Positions 26,323-40,136 of a DNA stretch of 64,000 nucleotides are shown here, in pieces; the stretch's first letter is position 1, and each line of letters starts with the position of its first letter. A program made the translations under genes and the position numbers. A model generated the notes under the pieces. The model was given only the letters and a program-made list of their open reading frames with translations, was not told the DNA's origin and searched no databases. Source of the stretch: Eremomyces bilateralis CBS 781.70 (lineage: Eukaryota); the NCBI GenBank assembly GCA_010015585.1, contig ML975150.1; one strand, written 5' to 3'.

Positions 26323-27831
26323 GGTCGGAGGATGCGGAGACGAATGCCAGATGGGTGGATTAAGCGAGTTGAAGAGTTGGAGGTTGGAAGTGGTGAGGGG
26401 ATGACAAGTCGGCTGGTGTTGGTGTTCAAGGCTAGCAGACCGGTGCTGACATTTCGAACTAGCAGAAGCGCATAAAGTTAGCAAAGCGAAGACACGGGCG
26501 ACACCCGCAGCTGGGCCAGAAGAACAGTCTCACCTCGGGTTGGCTTGGTCGCGGTCGTGGTCGTGAAGCAACCTTTGCCTCTTCTGTGAGGAGTTGCAAG
26601 AGGAACGAGGCAATGGATGCTGCGCTGGTGGTGGTGATTTCCTTTTGGTGGGCATTGGCAGCAATGATCAATAGTCTTGCTGAAGTAGAGGCAGATGTAA
26701 GCTGTGCATGGTAAAGCCGTGTGTGGCTAGGAATTGGAAACGATGTTTTGGTGTTGTTTGTTTGAAGAAGTTGGAGTAGCCCAAGCCGCACCACTAAATC
26801 CACAAGCATGTATGGTGGCGCAGTAAGTTGTCTTAGCACTGCTGCGCCACGCGGGAGAGTCGCTGAAACCTTCGTCATCAGCGAATACCATGATCTGACG
26901 ATGTTGTTCATGCTGGACACGGTTAGGAGCGATTTCGGCGAAAACTAGTGTTTCATCGGACACAAACGGAGCGCTCCTATCCGTCAAAAGTTGGAAGCGT
27001 CAACGAATGAGGAGTTCTAATTCTCTTTGGAGAGTTGCAATCTGAGGCGGCGCGGGGTGGATTTTTTTATTTCCCAAGGATCCACGAGTGAGGTGAAAGC
27101 AAGCCACAGTCTCGTGGACTCGTGCAGTCGTGCGGTCGTGCCGTTGTGGATTCGCACGGGCCGAGCCATGCTGTTGGCGGGCCGAGCTGTTACGGATGGT
27201 TAGCATAGATCACCACTGACTGTTGGTGCCTCAACCACCAATGCTAGGGGTCAGGCGATCCCTATCCTATCCTTATGACGATGCTTTCGGTAGGTAACAT
27301 TCTAGAGAGGACAATCTTCTACACATACAAAACACAGACCATAACAATTCTAGATAGAATCAATCTTCTACATACCTTAGCGGAGGGAACAGGGGCATAG
27401 CACCAGTGTCGATACCGTGGTAGCACCGTAGTGTCGTTTCCCTGTATAGATCATCCACACGGAGTGGTTTTAGTGTCGTTCGTCACTCGTGTCAGTAGGA
27501 GTTACGGAGATCCTGGACATTATGGAGTATATATGCCGCAGTGTCAAGTTTTGACACCATGTCCTCGAAGAGCACATCCAGGCCGACTCTTAGATGTTTC
27601 AACATCACGACGACAGCGTCATTGTATCTATCATGTATAATATGTCAAATCTGAGACTGCTAAGTGCTAAAGGGTGAATTGAATGTTATATTTCATATAC
27701 ATGAACATATTGCGCAATAACCCAGAACCGTATATACTCTGTTGTGACCCGGTGGTCTCTCAACTTATCAGGAAGCGGATTAGGAATGTAGTCGCGCGTC
27801 GAAGCGTTCCAGATATCAACCCTCTGCTATT

Positions 27832-29795
27832 CATATCAGCAACCAACTAACACCGATCCAGGACAAAATCCCCCCGGGCCCAGGAGCAATGTAAGTCCTC
27901 CCATCATCAGGCCTGCTGTAACTCGTTCTCCCGCCCCTCGATATCCGCTGCCCTCGTTCAGCACCCCTGGACTAATACCCAGGAAGGTCCACAATAGGAC
28001 AGCAGCGACACTTAGGGTTAGGACAATGAAAAGCGCGATCGCTATTTTCTTGACGCTCCAGCCCTCGACAAACTCCAAGCCGATGACACAGGTATCCCCA
28101 TCCATCGATTCCAAGTCACTCAGCGTCCATAATCTCGACCCTCTTACGGCGCTGCCTTGTCTGATGTCGATGCCAAGCTTGCTTGCGATTTTCCCGATGC
28201 CTAAGTCTTTACTCTGCTGTCTCTGCTTCTGTACTTTTGCAGGGGGCGGTGGGGCCACCAGTACCATCATCGCATGATGTGATCGTTCAGAAGTCAAGGC
28301 GATCTTCCTAGCCCAGTGAACCCAGGCATACCGTGCCTTGCCTAACTTGTGCGGATGGTGGAATCCCCTCATGAGCTCCTTTCATTGAACATATCCACAA
28401 GCCCACGCGCAACTAAGAATCGAGGACTTCGTGGACCAGCATGCCAGGAGCAGACGCCAGTGTCCTGTTCGTTAGGGCTGATGCACGAACCCCGCGCACC
28501 ATCGTGTGCACCACAGAACTCGTTCTCGCCGAGGGAGTGGTGCTGTTTAATGGTTTTGAGTTTCCGTGCGGAGAAGAGTCGCCAGATGTCTGCCAGCTGC
28601 GCGTACCGCTGGCGCAAGTCCCGGAAAAGTGCGGCGTCGTCGTATTCCAGACTCGTAAAGTGGCCCTTCTTTTTATTCCCATTCGAATTATTCACTGCTG
28701 CGACGTCGAGTGCCGGCGGAATGACCAGTCTACCAATCCGCTCGCCCCTGGCATCGCCGTGCCGGAGGATGGTCACTGGCAGGACTGATTCCTGGGACAT
28801 AGCGCTCTGGGGCCCGTCGAAACTGGGGGTTTCAATGCCGGCTAGTATCGGCGGAAGGGGCTTGTGGTAGTTGTTCGGGTAAGGCGTTGTAATGAACTGC
28901 TTCGGGAGGTGACGTGGAGAACCAGCCGTATCAATGGGCGGCGGAACAAAGGCCACACGCTTCTCACCCGGACCAGATTGTGGACGCAGTCGGCTGTGCT
29001 CTGTCTCGCTGAATGCTTCCGCTTGTCCGGTGGGCGGAGCCGTCTTGAATATTTTCTCGAGCTCGACCTAGGTGTGGGGCGATACCTCTGAGCTATCCGG
29101 TCTTGCGACTTGACGTTCCGGTTCTTCTGCGGGTGGCTCGAGGCCCGTCCCACTTGCCGCAGCATCTTGTTCCTGTTGCAACAGGGCTCGAAGAGTTATG
29201 GCATGGGCATCCAATATTTTAGAGACACGATGGGTGGGACGCATATCGAGCCCTCCAATAGAGTAGGAACGCGCTGGTCGCGGAGAGGGGATGCTCGACG
29301 CTTGAGTTGAGTTCGAGGATAGTGCATGGGAAGCGCCCTGTTTGCATGTTGTGCCCTGAGAATGAAATCCACGAGTGCCGCTGAAGACAGAGCCGCTTTG
29401 GCGCAGCAAAGCAGGAGCTTCCTTGACGAATTGTGGTGGTGAACTGGTGAGTTCCATGAAGTCCGATCCACCAACTCGTATCTTTTGATTTCGATCATTA
29501 CGGATCCTTTCATCTCCACGATGCTCAACGTACTGGGAAGGATCCGTTCCGAGATAGCTGCCCTGCTGAGGGGGGATACTATTTCGTCAGGAGAAGCAAA
29601 TATGCTCTCCTCCTCTGAACTATCATCAAAGAAGTCTGAAGTGCGCATCTCAGGATCATGAAGGCTGCACATGGGGTCCTCCATCTTTAAATGTATGCTT
29701 CGAACTTGACTGGATGAATTTTGGACGAGTTGTGGTGAGCTTGCAAGAGAGCTGGATAGTCGGACCTTGGTTTTCCTTTCAGGCGTTTGATCCAT
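27832..29795 (-). pseudogene. Frameshifted gene for a fungal protein with two C-terminal TM helices
   Basis: A chain of overlapping ORFs in different frames. Clear shifts at ~28375 (FNE|ELMRGF) and ~27873, where the shifted frame gives GILSWIGVSWLLI*. Contains the LEFVEGWS..TM motif. Confidence 0.6.
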
Positions 29796-29980
29796 CCTCC
29801 AGCGTTTTCAGGGAAGCTATGATGAAGGAGCATGATGAAAAACCAAGTCGAGATATGAATGCTTTGTTAACATAAATCTTCTGTTGTTTTACAATCTCCT
29901 GATTCAGTATGGATTGACTGACGTCTTTGGCATCTATTTTCGTTGGAATGTCGTCTGAAAACATCCCTTGCTTCCCCAGT

Positions 29981-32568
29981 TCATCGAACAAACTTGCCTC
30001 CACAATAGACGCATGCGTCAAACGCTGCAAAAATAACCTCCGCTAGAGTTCCTTGTTTTCTCGGGATGTCAGTCATGTTTCCGCCTGTGTCCTTCGATGC
30101 TTCACCGTCCTCCCTACCCGTGTTACTGGCATTATTGCCAGCAGGTTCTTCTGTAATCAACTGCGAATCGTCGCCGATAACGAAGCTCTCGGCCAAATAC
30201 TGCAAACCACAAATACTGCAGTTTTTCGAGATTCCTGGAGCTTGGATCGACAGGAATGTAAGCGCACAGCGAGCGAACTTGTGGCCCCGTGCGCATTTCG
30301 ACCAGTCTAAATCTTCGAACACGATGCGGTAATTGCAGATGTCACAGAGCTCCGAGAACTCATGCACACTCGGTTGCATAGTGCTGGGCTCGCTGTCTTC
30401 CTTATCCTGCTCGGCTTGAAGTTTGGCTTGAGCTGCCGCATATGATGCGACGATCCTCGTGCTGTTGACGCTCATTTGGGACAAAATTGAAGGTAAATCC
30501 AAAACTTCTCGAATGACTAATTTAGCAATAGCCTTGTCTATCGTCGTTCTAATCCACTTCTTTTTCACAGCTTGCGTGGAGAGAAGGTTGTCAAACTGCT
30601 TGAGGCACAATTGATGTGAGAAACGACTTAGTGCTGCGACAAGATGGTGAGGTTGATCTGATGTAATTGATGAACTGCTATATGTCAGTCCCACCATTCA
30701 ATTAAACCTGTTCATAGGAACTTACAGTCCTCTTCCTAGAATGGGGTCACAAGGCTGGCTGTTCTCAATAGTTTCTCTTAGTCCCTTTTCAATAGTAGCT
30801 TTGAAGGTTTTGTCATGTTTGGTAACAATGCCGCCCGTCCACCAGGCCTTGATCGTGAACAGTATACATTCAGAGCTAATCCCTATGAGAAAGTTAGTTT
30901 GCACGATCATTTGAAAGCGTCGACACTCACGTCCACTGTACATCTCTGGAGAATACGTAGGGATCTCGCCGGATGGGAAGTCCTTATGGAGATTTATCAT
31001 AGTCTCCTCCTGGGCATGGATAGTATACTCTAGCACTTTCGCGGGATGTAAGGAGACGGCAGTAGCTTGGAAATCGCCCAGCGGTGACGAAACCATATCC
31101 CAAACTTTTGCACAGCTATTCTCACCGAGGTCGGTTTTTTCTGCATAGAAGGTGCGCATCTCCGCAATTGTCTTTTGCCATTCAGGGGTTCCAATTTCGT
31201 TATCTGTATTTAGGAGCGGCATCGGGAATTTGGTGCATTGTCCTGAATCGAGCAAGGTTGGTAGGTGAACATAGCTGCGGCCATCTGAGGACTTGCTAAA
31301 CGCGATGCCTAGACGTTTATTAACCAAAGCACGATGTACAGGGTGGCATATGGAATACGTACCAGAGACTATGTTCCACATAGTATGGAGATCATACCTT
31401 GAGAAAACCGGCGCGTCACCATCTCCAGTATCGCAAAGAGACACCACCTGATCGCCATTTGGTGACGTTTCGCGGAGGCAAAAGACAAGATATCTGATTT
31501 CATCCTCAGAACGAGACTGCCACCATGCCATTGGTCCGACGCCTCCGAACTCTTGAACAGGATAGTGAATGTCATGCGGTCCAAATCCGACGTGCAGTTC
31601 ACTATCGTTTCTTGATAAGCGGAGTTTCTTGATATGCACTCCCTCAACGCTCGAGAATGCCAAGGAGGCCTCGATGAAGCCCTGTTTAGGGGCACTCCAA
31701 TCACTGATTGTGAGATTCGTTACATATGGACGATTCTGAGTGTAGTCCTCGAACAAGAGGTTCTTCTGTGTTGATTCGATATTGGAAGCCACCGAGAAAT
31801 GGTGAAGGATTGTCGTGATCCATGTCGGTTCACCAGACTTGATATCGTGAATAGCCTGCACCCGAGCGACAATCACCTCTAGATTCTCATTTGAAAGAAC
31901 AAGCAGGTTCTCGCCCCAAGAGGTATCATTTGAGATAGTCGAGGGGTCATAGGTCCGGGTCAATGGTAGATATGCCGGTTTGCACCAGGTAAAGGAGCGG
32001 ATCCGTTGTCGCTTGAAAGCGAGTTCAAACTTGATTCTCTCGTGAGACGAGAATGATTCTCGCGAAGGTGAGCGCGGGAAGTAGTTCTTCAATGCATGGT
32101 TGACGACGACCATCCGCTTCCAGTTTGAAGCGTTGTTGCGCGAGCCAGTGGACGCCCAAATGGAAAGAACCTGGTTTGAAGTCAAAACCGCGAGCACGCT
32201 TCGCCTGTACTGTCCGAGCCCGAGAGGCGACCATTCCGTCCGTAATGCATGGCAATCAGATATCTCTTCCCCGATGGACCAGTTCTGAAAGCTGAGCGGC
32301 TCCTGAATGGGCACTTCCGATTCCCGGAACTGGTTGGTGCGAATGACCAAGTTCTGCCAGAGGGGGTCATGGACTCCAGGGACCGGTTGATTTGACGACC
32401 TCAAATTGGGTATCTATTCTCATTAGAATATGAATCAATAATATCGGGTGCAAGGCGTACTAATAACTGGACATTTTCTCCTGCTGTGACCGCAAGCTCA
32501 CCGTCGTTTGACCAGCTCAGACACCTAGTCGTGCCAGGCGCGGCGTTGAGTACGGCAAGCTGGGCCAT
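29981..32568 (-). CDS. RNA polymerase III transcription factor TFIIIC delta/90-kDa-type subunit with C-terminal zinc finger; multi-exon
   Basis: Exon 1 reads MAQLAVLNAAPGTTRCLSWSNDGELAV, followed by WSPLGLG..RSVLAVLTSN. C-terminal CDIC..C.RGH.F.RC..TF....PG.SK.C..CG..CVYCGGKF (zf-TFIIIC). Introns include 31309-31362 and 30883-30930. Confidence 0.85.
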
Positions 32569-32865
32569 TTTTCATCCATCACAGGGGTCATAAAGAACGA
32601 AAAGATTGAGGTTTCACGATTTCGAGTCAGAAATTCAGGAGCAGAGAGTGAGAGTTGGATATGATGCGTTTGATTGAAGAAGAAATAACAATGGAAGTGA
32701 ATTGTATAGTACGTGCAGAGCTCTGATGGAGGTACCGAATTGGCCAATCAGGCTTGCGTATTCACTAGCTTCAAGATGAGCAGCCAATCACTAGTTAGAT
32801 AATCCCCTAGCGTTCCACTCGTCCTACTGGTAGTTCTAGTAATAACTAACTTAGTTAGTTAACTA

Positions 32866-34711
32866 ACGTAATCCACCAGCGAGTCGCCCAAACCACCGAG
32901 TCGCCCACCTCATCTCCATAACAGCGATCATCACGGTTTTTTCGCAATGTCTCAACAACAGCGCCCTCAATTACCTTCAAATGAAGCTAGAATGAACCTA
33001 GCCATCCAGACTATCGAACAAGACCAAGTTCAATCAATTCGAGAAGCTGCAAAAGCTTACAACGTCCCGTGGAGTACCTTACGTGACCGCCGCAACGGAA
33101 TGACTGCACGAAGCGATTGTGTCCCGAATTCGAAAAAGCTCTCAAATATGGAAGAAAGGGTGATTATCGACTACTGCCTCGATGTCGACGCGCGCGGATT
33201 TCAGCTCAATTACGATATGTTGCGAGATATAGCCAACAAGCTACTCAGCGATCGCGGTCAGGCTCACGTTGGTATCAATTGGCCGTCAAGATTCGTACAA
33301 CGCGTTCCAGAGCTCAAAACACGTGTTAATCGAAAGTACGACTATAAAAGAGCCCTGAACGAAGATCCAGAGATTATTGGCGCGTGGTTTCGCCTCGTAC
33401 GCAACGTGAAGGCAAAATACGGTATCCTGGATGAAGATACATACAACTTTGATGAAGTTGGCTTTCAAATGGGCGTAATCGGGACGCGCATGGTCATCAC
33501 GGGTACCGAACGACGTCAGACTCCAAAAACCTTGCAGCCAGGCAATACAGAATGGGTGACATCGATCATTGCTGCCAGCGCGCAAGGTTGGGTTGTCCCA
33601 CCCTTCATCATCTTCAAAGGCGCTCGACATTACAATACCTCGTACGAGGCGATTGCGGATAGGCCTGATTGGGTTCTATCAGTTAGCGAGAAGGGCTGGA
33701 CGTCCCTTGAGCATGGATTTGAGTGGTTAAAGCATTTTAATCGCTTCACAGAAGACCGTACGACTGGCGCCTATCGGCTTCTGATTATGGATGGCCATAA
33801 CAACCATGACACTATCCAATTCCAGGATTTCTGCAAGGACCAGAAGATCATTACTCTCTGCATGCCTTCGCATTCATCTCATTTGCTACAACCCCTCGAC
33901 GTTGGCTGTTTTGGGCCATTAAAGCGCGCGTATAGCAAGGAGATTGAGGACTTTATCCGGTGCCGCATCAACCACATCACGAAAGAGGACTTTTTACCTG
34001 CTTTCAAGACCGCCTTCGAAAAAGCAATTGCTACGGAGAATATCCAGGGCGCCTTCAGAGGCGCAGGATTAATGCCTTTCGATCCAGAAGCTGTTATTTC
34101 AAAGCTTGATGTCCGATTACGGACCCCGACGCCATTACCAGAGACCACTCAATGGGAGTCGCAAACACCACGCAACGTCGCTGAAATAGGGTCCCAAACA
34201 GAGTACATACGACAGCGCCTTCAAAGAGATCAAAATACCTCCCCAACACCGCTTTTAGAAAGCTTTTCAAGCCTTGAAAAGGGTGTTCAAATGGTCGCGC
34301 ACGGAGCTTCAATCATGGAGGTCGAGATAGGAAAGCTTCGGAAGGCAAACGAGACGCTATCAAAGCGCAAACAACGCAAAAAAAAGGTGCTTAAGGGCGC
34401 TGACACGCGCTCAATTACTGATGGGCTTCAATTAGTTGAACAACGCCGGGATCAAGATATAATCAGTCAAAATGGTGCTTCTAGTGACGCTCCTGGAAGG
34501 CGCCAGCGACGTTGCGGACGCTGTCGCGAGCCAGGACATCGAGTTGAGACCTGTTCAATGCCTCAATTAGCTATAACAGAAAACGTAGATCCTAGCCTAC
34601 TTCCTAATTAATAAATTGCTTCAGTAGTTGTTGAGATATTCAGGTTACGGTAGTGGGCCACGGTTGAGGTGGGCGACTCGGTGGTTTGGGCGACTCGCTG
34701 GTGGATTACGT
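32866..34711 (+). mobile_element. Complete Fot1/pogo-family (Tc1/mariner superfamily) DNA transposon
   Basis: Perfect 47-bp TIRs (32866-32912 and 34665-34711, ACGTAATCCACCAGCGAGTCGCCC...), TA target duplication on both sides, and an internal transposase ORF. Confidence 0.96.
32947..34611 (+). CDS. Fot1/pogo transposase (psq-type HTH, CENP-B HTH, DDE_1 with DD35D, C-terminal CCHC knuckle), 554 aa
   Basis: NFDEVGF, LIMDGHNNH and QPLDVGCF, with 35 residues between D2 and D3. C-terminal RRCGRCREPGHRVETC. ORF is uninterrupted. Confidence 0.95.
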   Translation: MSQQQRPQLPSNEARMNLAIQTIEQDQVQSIREAAKAYNVPWSTLRDRRNGMTARSDCVPNSKKLSNMEERVIIDYCLDVDARGFQLNYDMLRDIANKLLSDRGQAHVGINWPSRFVQRVPELKTRVNRKYDYKRALNEDPEIIGAWFRLVRNVKAKYGILDEDTYNFDEVGFQMGVIGTRMVITGTERRQTPKTLQPGNTEWVTSIIAASAQGWVVPPFIIFKGARHYNTSYEAIADRPDWVLSVSEKGWTSLEHGFEWLKHFNRFTEDRTTGAYRLLIMDGHNNHDTIQFQDFCKDQKIITLCMPSHSSHLLQPLDVGCFGPLKRAYSKEIEDFIRCRINHITKEDFLPAFKTAFEKAIATENIQGAFRGAGLMPFDPEAVISKLDVRLRTPTPLPETTQWESQTPRNVAEIGSQTEYIRQRLQRDQNTSPTPLLESFSSLEKGVQMVAHGASIMEVEIGKLRKANETLSKRKQRKKKVLKGADTRSITDGLQLVEQRRDQDIISQNGASSDAPGRRQRRCGRCREPGHRVETCSMPQLAITENVDPSLLPN

Positions 34712-35240
34712 TAGTTAACTTAAGTTACATGTATTATTAGTTACTACCTTACGCAGTAGTATCACGATGGTCTACGGAGTATTTGGGCAATAATTGTGCG
34801 CAGGGTGACAGTGCCGTAGCTGTAGACAAAGAGATGAATCCGCTGTCATCCCACCAAGCGAGAACTGTCTCGTTATATTGTTGTTTACTCCTGGTACCAG
34901 TGTTGATATGGCACATGTATTCAGCGTCTCCGCGCGACTCATTGATCTGAGAGAGTTTATCACCACGGCTTTCCAGATATCGACCAGCCTCAGAACAAAT
35001 TCTTCATAGGATGGAGATGGCAATGGCCATAGGGGAACAACAAAGACCCTTCCTCGCGCCAACCATTGCGCTGGATCGACTGGTCATGTGAAAGGAGAAG
35101 ATTTGCTTCACATATTTGGGACATGAAGCAGCACCACGTGGCCGCGGCACAAAAATCGCACCATCCAAGACCATTGTCGAAGAGGCAAAGGTCTGCTCTC
35201 ATACTGGATCGTGACAAGAACCTCGCTCCAGAAACTTGTG

Positions 35241-36760
35241 TCAAGTCAGTAATCCAAAATACCTCCCAGCGACAGCATCCCATTCAGCATCCCAGCGCTT
35301 TTCGCACTCCTTCAATGCTCCTTGCTGTATCCTCTCCAAAGCCGCAGTGCCATCAACAAACAGCTCTTCAAGTAGGTCAGCGAGCTGGATGTAGCTCGCA
35401 AATCCCCTTCCATTCACCCCTTCCCTCACCAGCTCCGGCCACGCTTCGAATTTGCTCCAGCCCGCAACAGGAAGACCCGCACCGAACATGTCCACAACTT
35501 TCATCGGCAAGTCTAAGCCCGAAGATGACATGTGGAGGGAGACACCGAGGTCGGCAGCTCCGAGGAGAGAGGCGTAGTCTTCGGCTGATAGCCAGGCGGT
35601 TCGGATTTGAACATGGTGCAATTTGCCTTGCGATTCGAGCTCTTTGATCTTGCTGAGATAATGGTCTTTCAAGGGGCCTTTGCCAGTAACCATGACAAGC
35701 AGTCGGGGGTAGGAGCCAACCATGGACGCCCTCAATGAATATACCGTCAACGCGTCGAGTAAGATGGAGAAATCTTCGTCGGCGGTCCAGGATGTGGAGC
35801 TAACTATTAGCCGCGTCCTTCCACTATCAATCTCGTCCTCGAATGGGCTTGTTTGCGGTAGTCTTTTCAAGACATTCTGACGTTCCGACCGGCTCAGAGG
35901 CTTGAAGATCGCAGGTGGCCGATCATGCAACGTAAGTGGATCGATGCCGGAGGTCTTCTTAAGGTACCTTCCCATCGATTTAGTGACGCAGAAGTGAGAA
36001 GTCGCGTATTTCGCGAGTAGAGTCTCGTATATCTGTGAGACTTGGACCAATGGGTGCCTCGTTCCCAATTTCATGGCAAGGATGGAATATCCGAAATTGT
36101 GCCAATCGACCACAAGGTTGGAATTCCGGAAGAAGCAAACAAATAGCGCCACAGCCAATGTCGGTATTGAAGGTGGATTCTGAGCATGTTAGTCTGTGAT
36201 GAATGCCAAGATTTTTGGAAGTAAATACCTGGACGAGAACCCATTTCGCTGGCTTCGTAGAATATGCCAGGGCAGAGTATAAATACCACGCTTGAAGCAA
36301 CACTTTCAACGGTCCTAGGACTAGAAACAATAGCTTGCTAGATGCTTGGAACCTTTTCGGAACTGGGGTGATGGGTATGATCTGTATGTTTTCCGTGGCC
36401 GTTATGTCTGGATGGACATCAGACTCTGCCTCCAGTTAGTCGACATTGTTCACTGCCAAAAAAAGTCTACGAACCTAAATATCCGATGACATCTACCTTA
36501 CCCCCGTGCTTAGCTATACTTAAAGCATGATATTGCATTCTTGGACTTCTGCCGATATCACCTAGCACGACGATTTGAAACGGGGTGGGCGGAGGCTTTG
36601 TATTTGTCCTATCCGACTTCTTTGATTTGGGATCCAATCCCCTAGATGTCGTGCTAGTTTGTCCATGCTCTTTATACTGTGAAGGGAGGATAAGGAGGAA
36701 TCCTGTGAATAATGTAGACAGTAGCACAGCACAGCTCAGGAGGATCTCGAGGTACTCCAT
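35241..36760 (-). CDS. ALG1: Chitobiosyldiphosphodolichol beta-1,4-mannosyltransferase; multi-exon
   Basis: N-terminal [40 protein letters not shown] and [16 protein letters not shown]. Confidence 0.95.
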
Positions 36761-37255
36761 TGCAACCACTCTGTGATGCACTGTGGAAACTAGGCACCGA
36801 TATCGAGCAGCAACACAACAAAACCCATGCTGGATCTCGGCTCCAATGGCTACCACTTCATAGATTTGAGGGACATGAAATAGGACACGAATAGGATGTG
36901 ATGGTAACAGGTTCAGGAGAAATATCCAATATCCAATATCTGAGAACCTTAATGGGTAGGTGGCTTGATCACTATGATGGTGCGAACGCGTCTCCAATTG
37001 GCTGATTGGGTGCTCATTTTATTGACCACCAAGAACTCCACTCTCCTTCAATAGTGGCGACTGGCGATCCATCCCATCACCCAGCGTATTCGTGCTGTTA
37101 TCGCCATGTCTCCGCAATGTTGACACTCCTTAAGCAGATGGCCGTGATGCCACTTCATTCTCCCCAATATTAAGGCTCCCGTGTGTTCCATCGCTCGCTT
37201 GTTGCAATTGACGATTAACACGACTTCACGCTGTCCATTGACCCCCTGAGCGTAT

Positions 37256-40136
37256 ATGGCCTCGTCATATGCGCTTCCAGTTGACGCTGGAACACGGACT
37301 CATAGCCAGAGCGGCCATGCATCTGCCCATGCCCATACATATTCGTTCCCTGCAGATCGCACAATATCCTACCGAGCAGAGAATAACGGTTCACCGGTGA
37401 AGACGGCCTCACGGGGCGTAAACGCGACAGGGCCAGCGATACACCCTCATTCCCATAGTCATTCATCTACTCGATTCGAACCCGTATCTCAAGACATATC
37501 ACAGATGGGCGGGCGTCCACGAGGAGAGTCTGACCTGGGTCATCCGACAGCCCCCAGAATCACTACTCAGTCGAATGGATATGCGTTCCCAGCCATCCAA
37601 GAAGCGTCTCCTTATCCAAAGTGAGTGACATGAAGCAGTTCGATATAGAGACTTGAGTGACTGATAGATGAATAGGACATCCTCATTCGGCCCAGAGATC
37701 CTCACAGCAGTGCTTATACCCCTTCCATTTCTCCTTGCAACTCTTGCCTACCCTCCGACACACGATGCGGCGAACGATAGCGGGCCACCTCCCCTCAATC
37801 CCTCCGAATCAAAAGACCAATCACCTATAACCCATGCCGAGCAGTCCGCAATAATACAGGCATGCAGTCTTGCGTCGGGGACTCTGCTCCTGTTAGGACT
37901 GCTTGCGAAACTCCAATCCACACAGCAGACCCTAGACAGAAGAAAGGATAGCTTTCCAAGCCCTTTGCGGTCGATGACCAATAAGAGCAAGGGCTTGTTC
38001 AGCAACGCCTCCATTCAGCCGGTAATTGCCCGCTGCTTGAGCATTGCTCTTCCATTCTATGCAGCATTGCAGCTTGGAGAGGTCAGGATTGCATTGACGT
38101 TGTTGATAGCGGTCGCCGCGGGCTTGACTGGACATGGTGTTCGAGGGAAAAAGGGATCCTTCCTTGGCGCTCTGACTTACAAGGCGAAGGACAATATAGC
38201 GACATGCAGCACGCTTATTCTAGGGGTCCTATTTGACTTCATTGGCCTCGCTGCCCACAAAACCTTTTGGGATCGCTTCCTAGGGTATCTAGCCCTTGGC
38301 GTGGCGCTGTTCTCTTTCCCGCTCCCTCTTCCTGCAGCATCCCGACCATATTTCCGCAATGCCAGCCCATCTTCCGCTCTTACGCCTGGATCACCATGGG
38401 CATCGACGCCGAGATCAGCTTCAACTTCTGCCACCGTAACGTCGCCAATCCTTGTCACTCCCCACGATGTCAACCTCACCGTTATCGCTGGTGCTGCACT
38501 CGGCGGAATGACGGTTCTGCTGTCTATCATACTTTCAGTCGCGCTCCCTGTATCATACATTTCGATTATATTTTCGTCGTTATGCATTGCTTCTGCGGCT
38601 GGGCTCATATTCTTTGCCCAACCAACATCCTTGCGAAGCAGCCGTCGTCTCGGCATTGCCATCAGTTGTGTCATGATTGGTTCCTTTTCTCTAACGTACC
38701 GTTCGAGAAACTGGACTATCCCATTGTTCCACAGCGTGTTGTGCGCGGTTTCCTATGGCGCTCTTCTAGTGGACTCAAAGGATCCAAAAGCCGATCACCA
38801 TACACATCGTCACCACTCGCATGACCACACTCACCAAGGGAACCACTCAAGACTCACAGCGTTCCTACTTGATCGCACCCCTCCAGGATCAGTTTTCCAC
38901 AGCATCCTGATCGAGAAAGACTCTCGACGGATTGCATATTTCGGATGCCTCAACCTCTGCTTCATGATGGTTCAATTCTTCTACGGCTTCGCTAGCGGCT
39001 CCCTTGGGCTTCTCACCGACAGCATCCACATGCTCTTCGACTGCCTTGGACTGGCCGTTGGTCTCACAGCAGCCGTGATGAGCAAATGGCCACCGTCTGT
39101 GAACTTTCCATACGGTTACGGAAAGGTCGACTCCCTCTCGGGCTTTGGGAACGGGGTCTTCCTCATCCTCGTCAGTGTCGAAATCATCTTCGACGCCGTC
39201 GGACGGCTTCGTGAAGGGCATGAACTGCGCCGGCTAAACGAGCTCCTCGTCGTGAGCATCCTGGGGTTCCTCGTCAATATCGTCGGCCTTTTCGCGTTCG
39301 GGCATGCGCATCATGGGCATGGACACGATCATGGCCATGACCACGGACATGACCATTCCCATGCCAAGAAGAAAGAAGAAGACAATCACGCGCACGAACA
39401 CCACCACGGCCATAGCCATAGCCACTCTGCGGCTGCGCACAAGCGCTCCGGGAGCCAATCCCCGACGAAATTCAGCTTCATCTCCGACCCGCTCCCCCCC
39501 TCCACCGTCAAAGCCACCTCGCACAGCCACGAGAACGAAAATATGCACGGCATCTTCCTTCACATCCTCGCCGACGCCATGGGTTCCGTCTCGGTGATCT
39601 TCTCCACCATCCTCACCAAATACACTGCCTACAACGGCTGGGATCCGCTGGCTTCATGCATCATCTCGGTGCTGATTTTCGCGAGCGCCATCCCACTGGT
39701 GAAGAGTTCGGGGAAGCGGCTGCTGCTGACGATCCCGGATCGGATCGAGTGGAAGATTCGGGAGGCGTTGGGCGCGCTGGGGACCGTGCCAGGGGTGAGT
39801 GGGTATCGCGGATGTCGGTTTTGGTTGGAGGATGAGGGGCAGGGGGAGGCGCATGGACATGATCATCACCATGATCACGGTCATGGTCACGGCCACGGAC
39901 ACGGCCACGGACACGGCCATGCGCATGATCATCCACATAACCACGACCATGCTCCCGCGCCCAAGAAAGAGCAGAAAGTGCTCGGCGTCATCCACGTTAT
40001 CGCCACGCGCACCGCCGACATCGAAGACGTGCGAGCGCGGAGCGGTCGATTCCTGGAAGCGCGGGGAATGGACGTGGTGATTCACGTGGAGCGGGACGGG
40101 GAGGAGAATTGCTGGTGTGGTGGCGGTGGGAGATGA
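37256..40136 (+). CDS. MSC2: Large cation diffusion facilitator Zn transporter (Msc2/Cis4-like). Intron 37621-37675.
   Basis: Multi-TM N-terminal extension, SLGLLTDSIHMLFDC, NMHGIFLHILADAMGS and His-rich loops. Confidence 0.85.

Noticed and set aside
26459..26987. 153-aa and 86-aa ORFs upstream of the nuclease-like gene
   Set aside because: No motifs or coding signal; likely promoter or UTR sequence.
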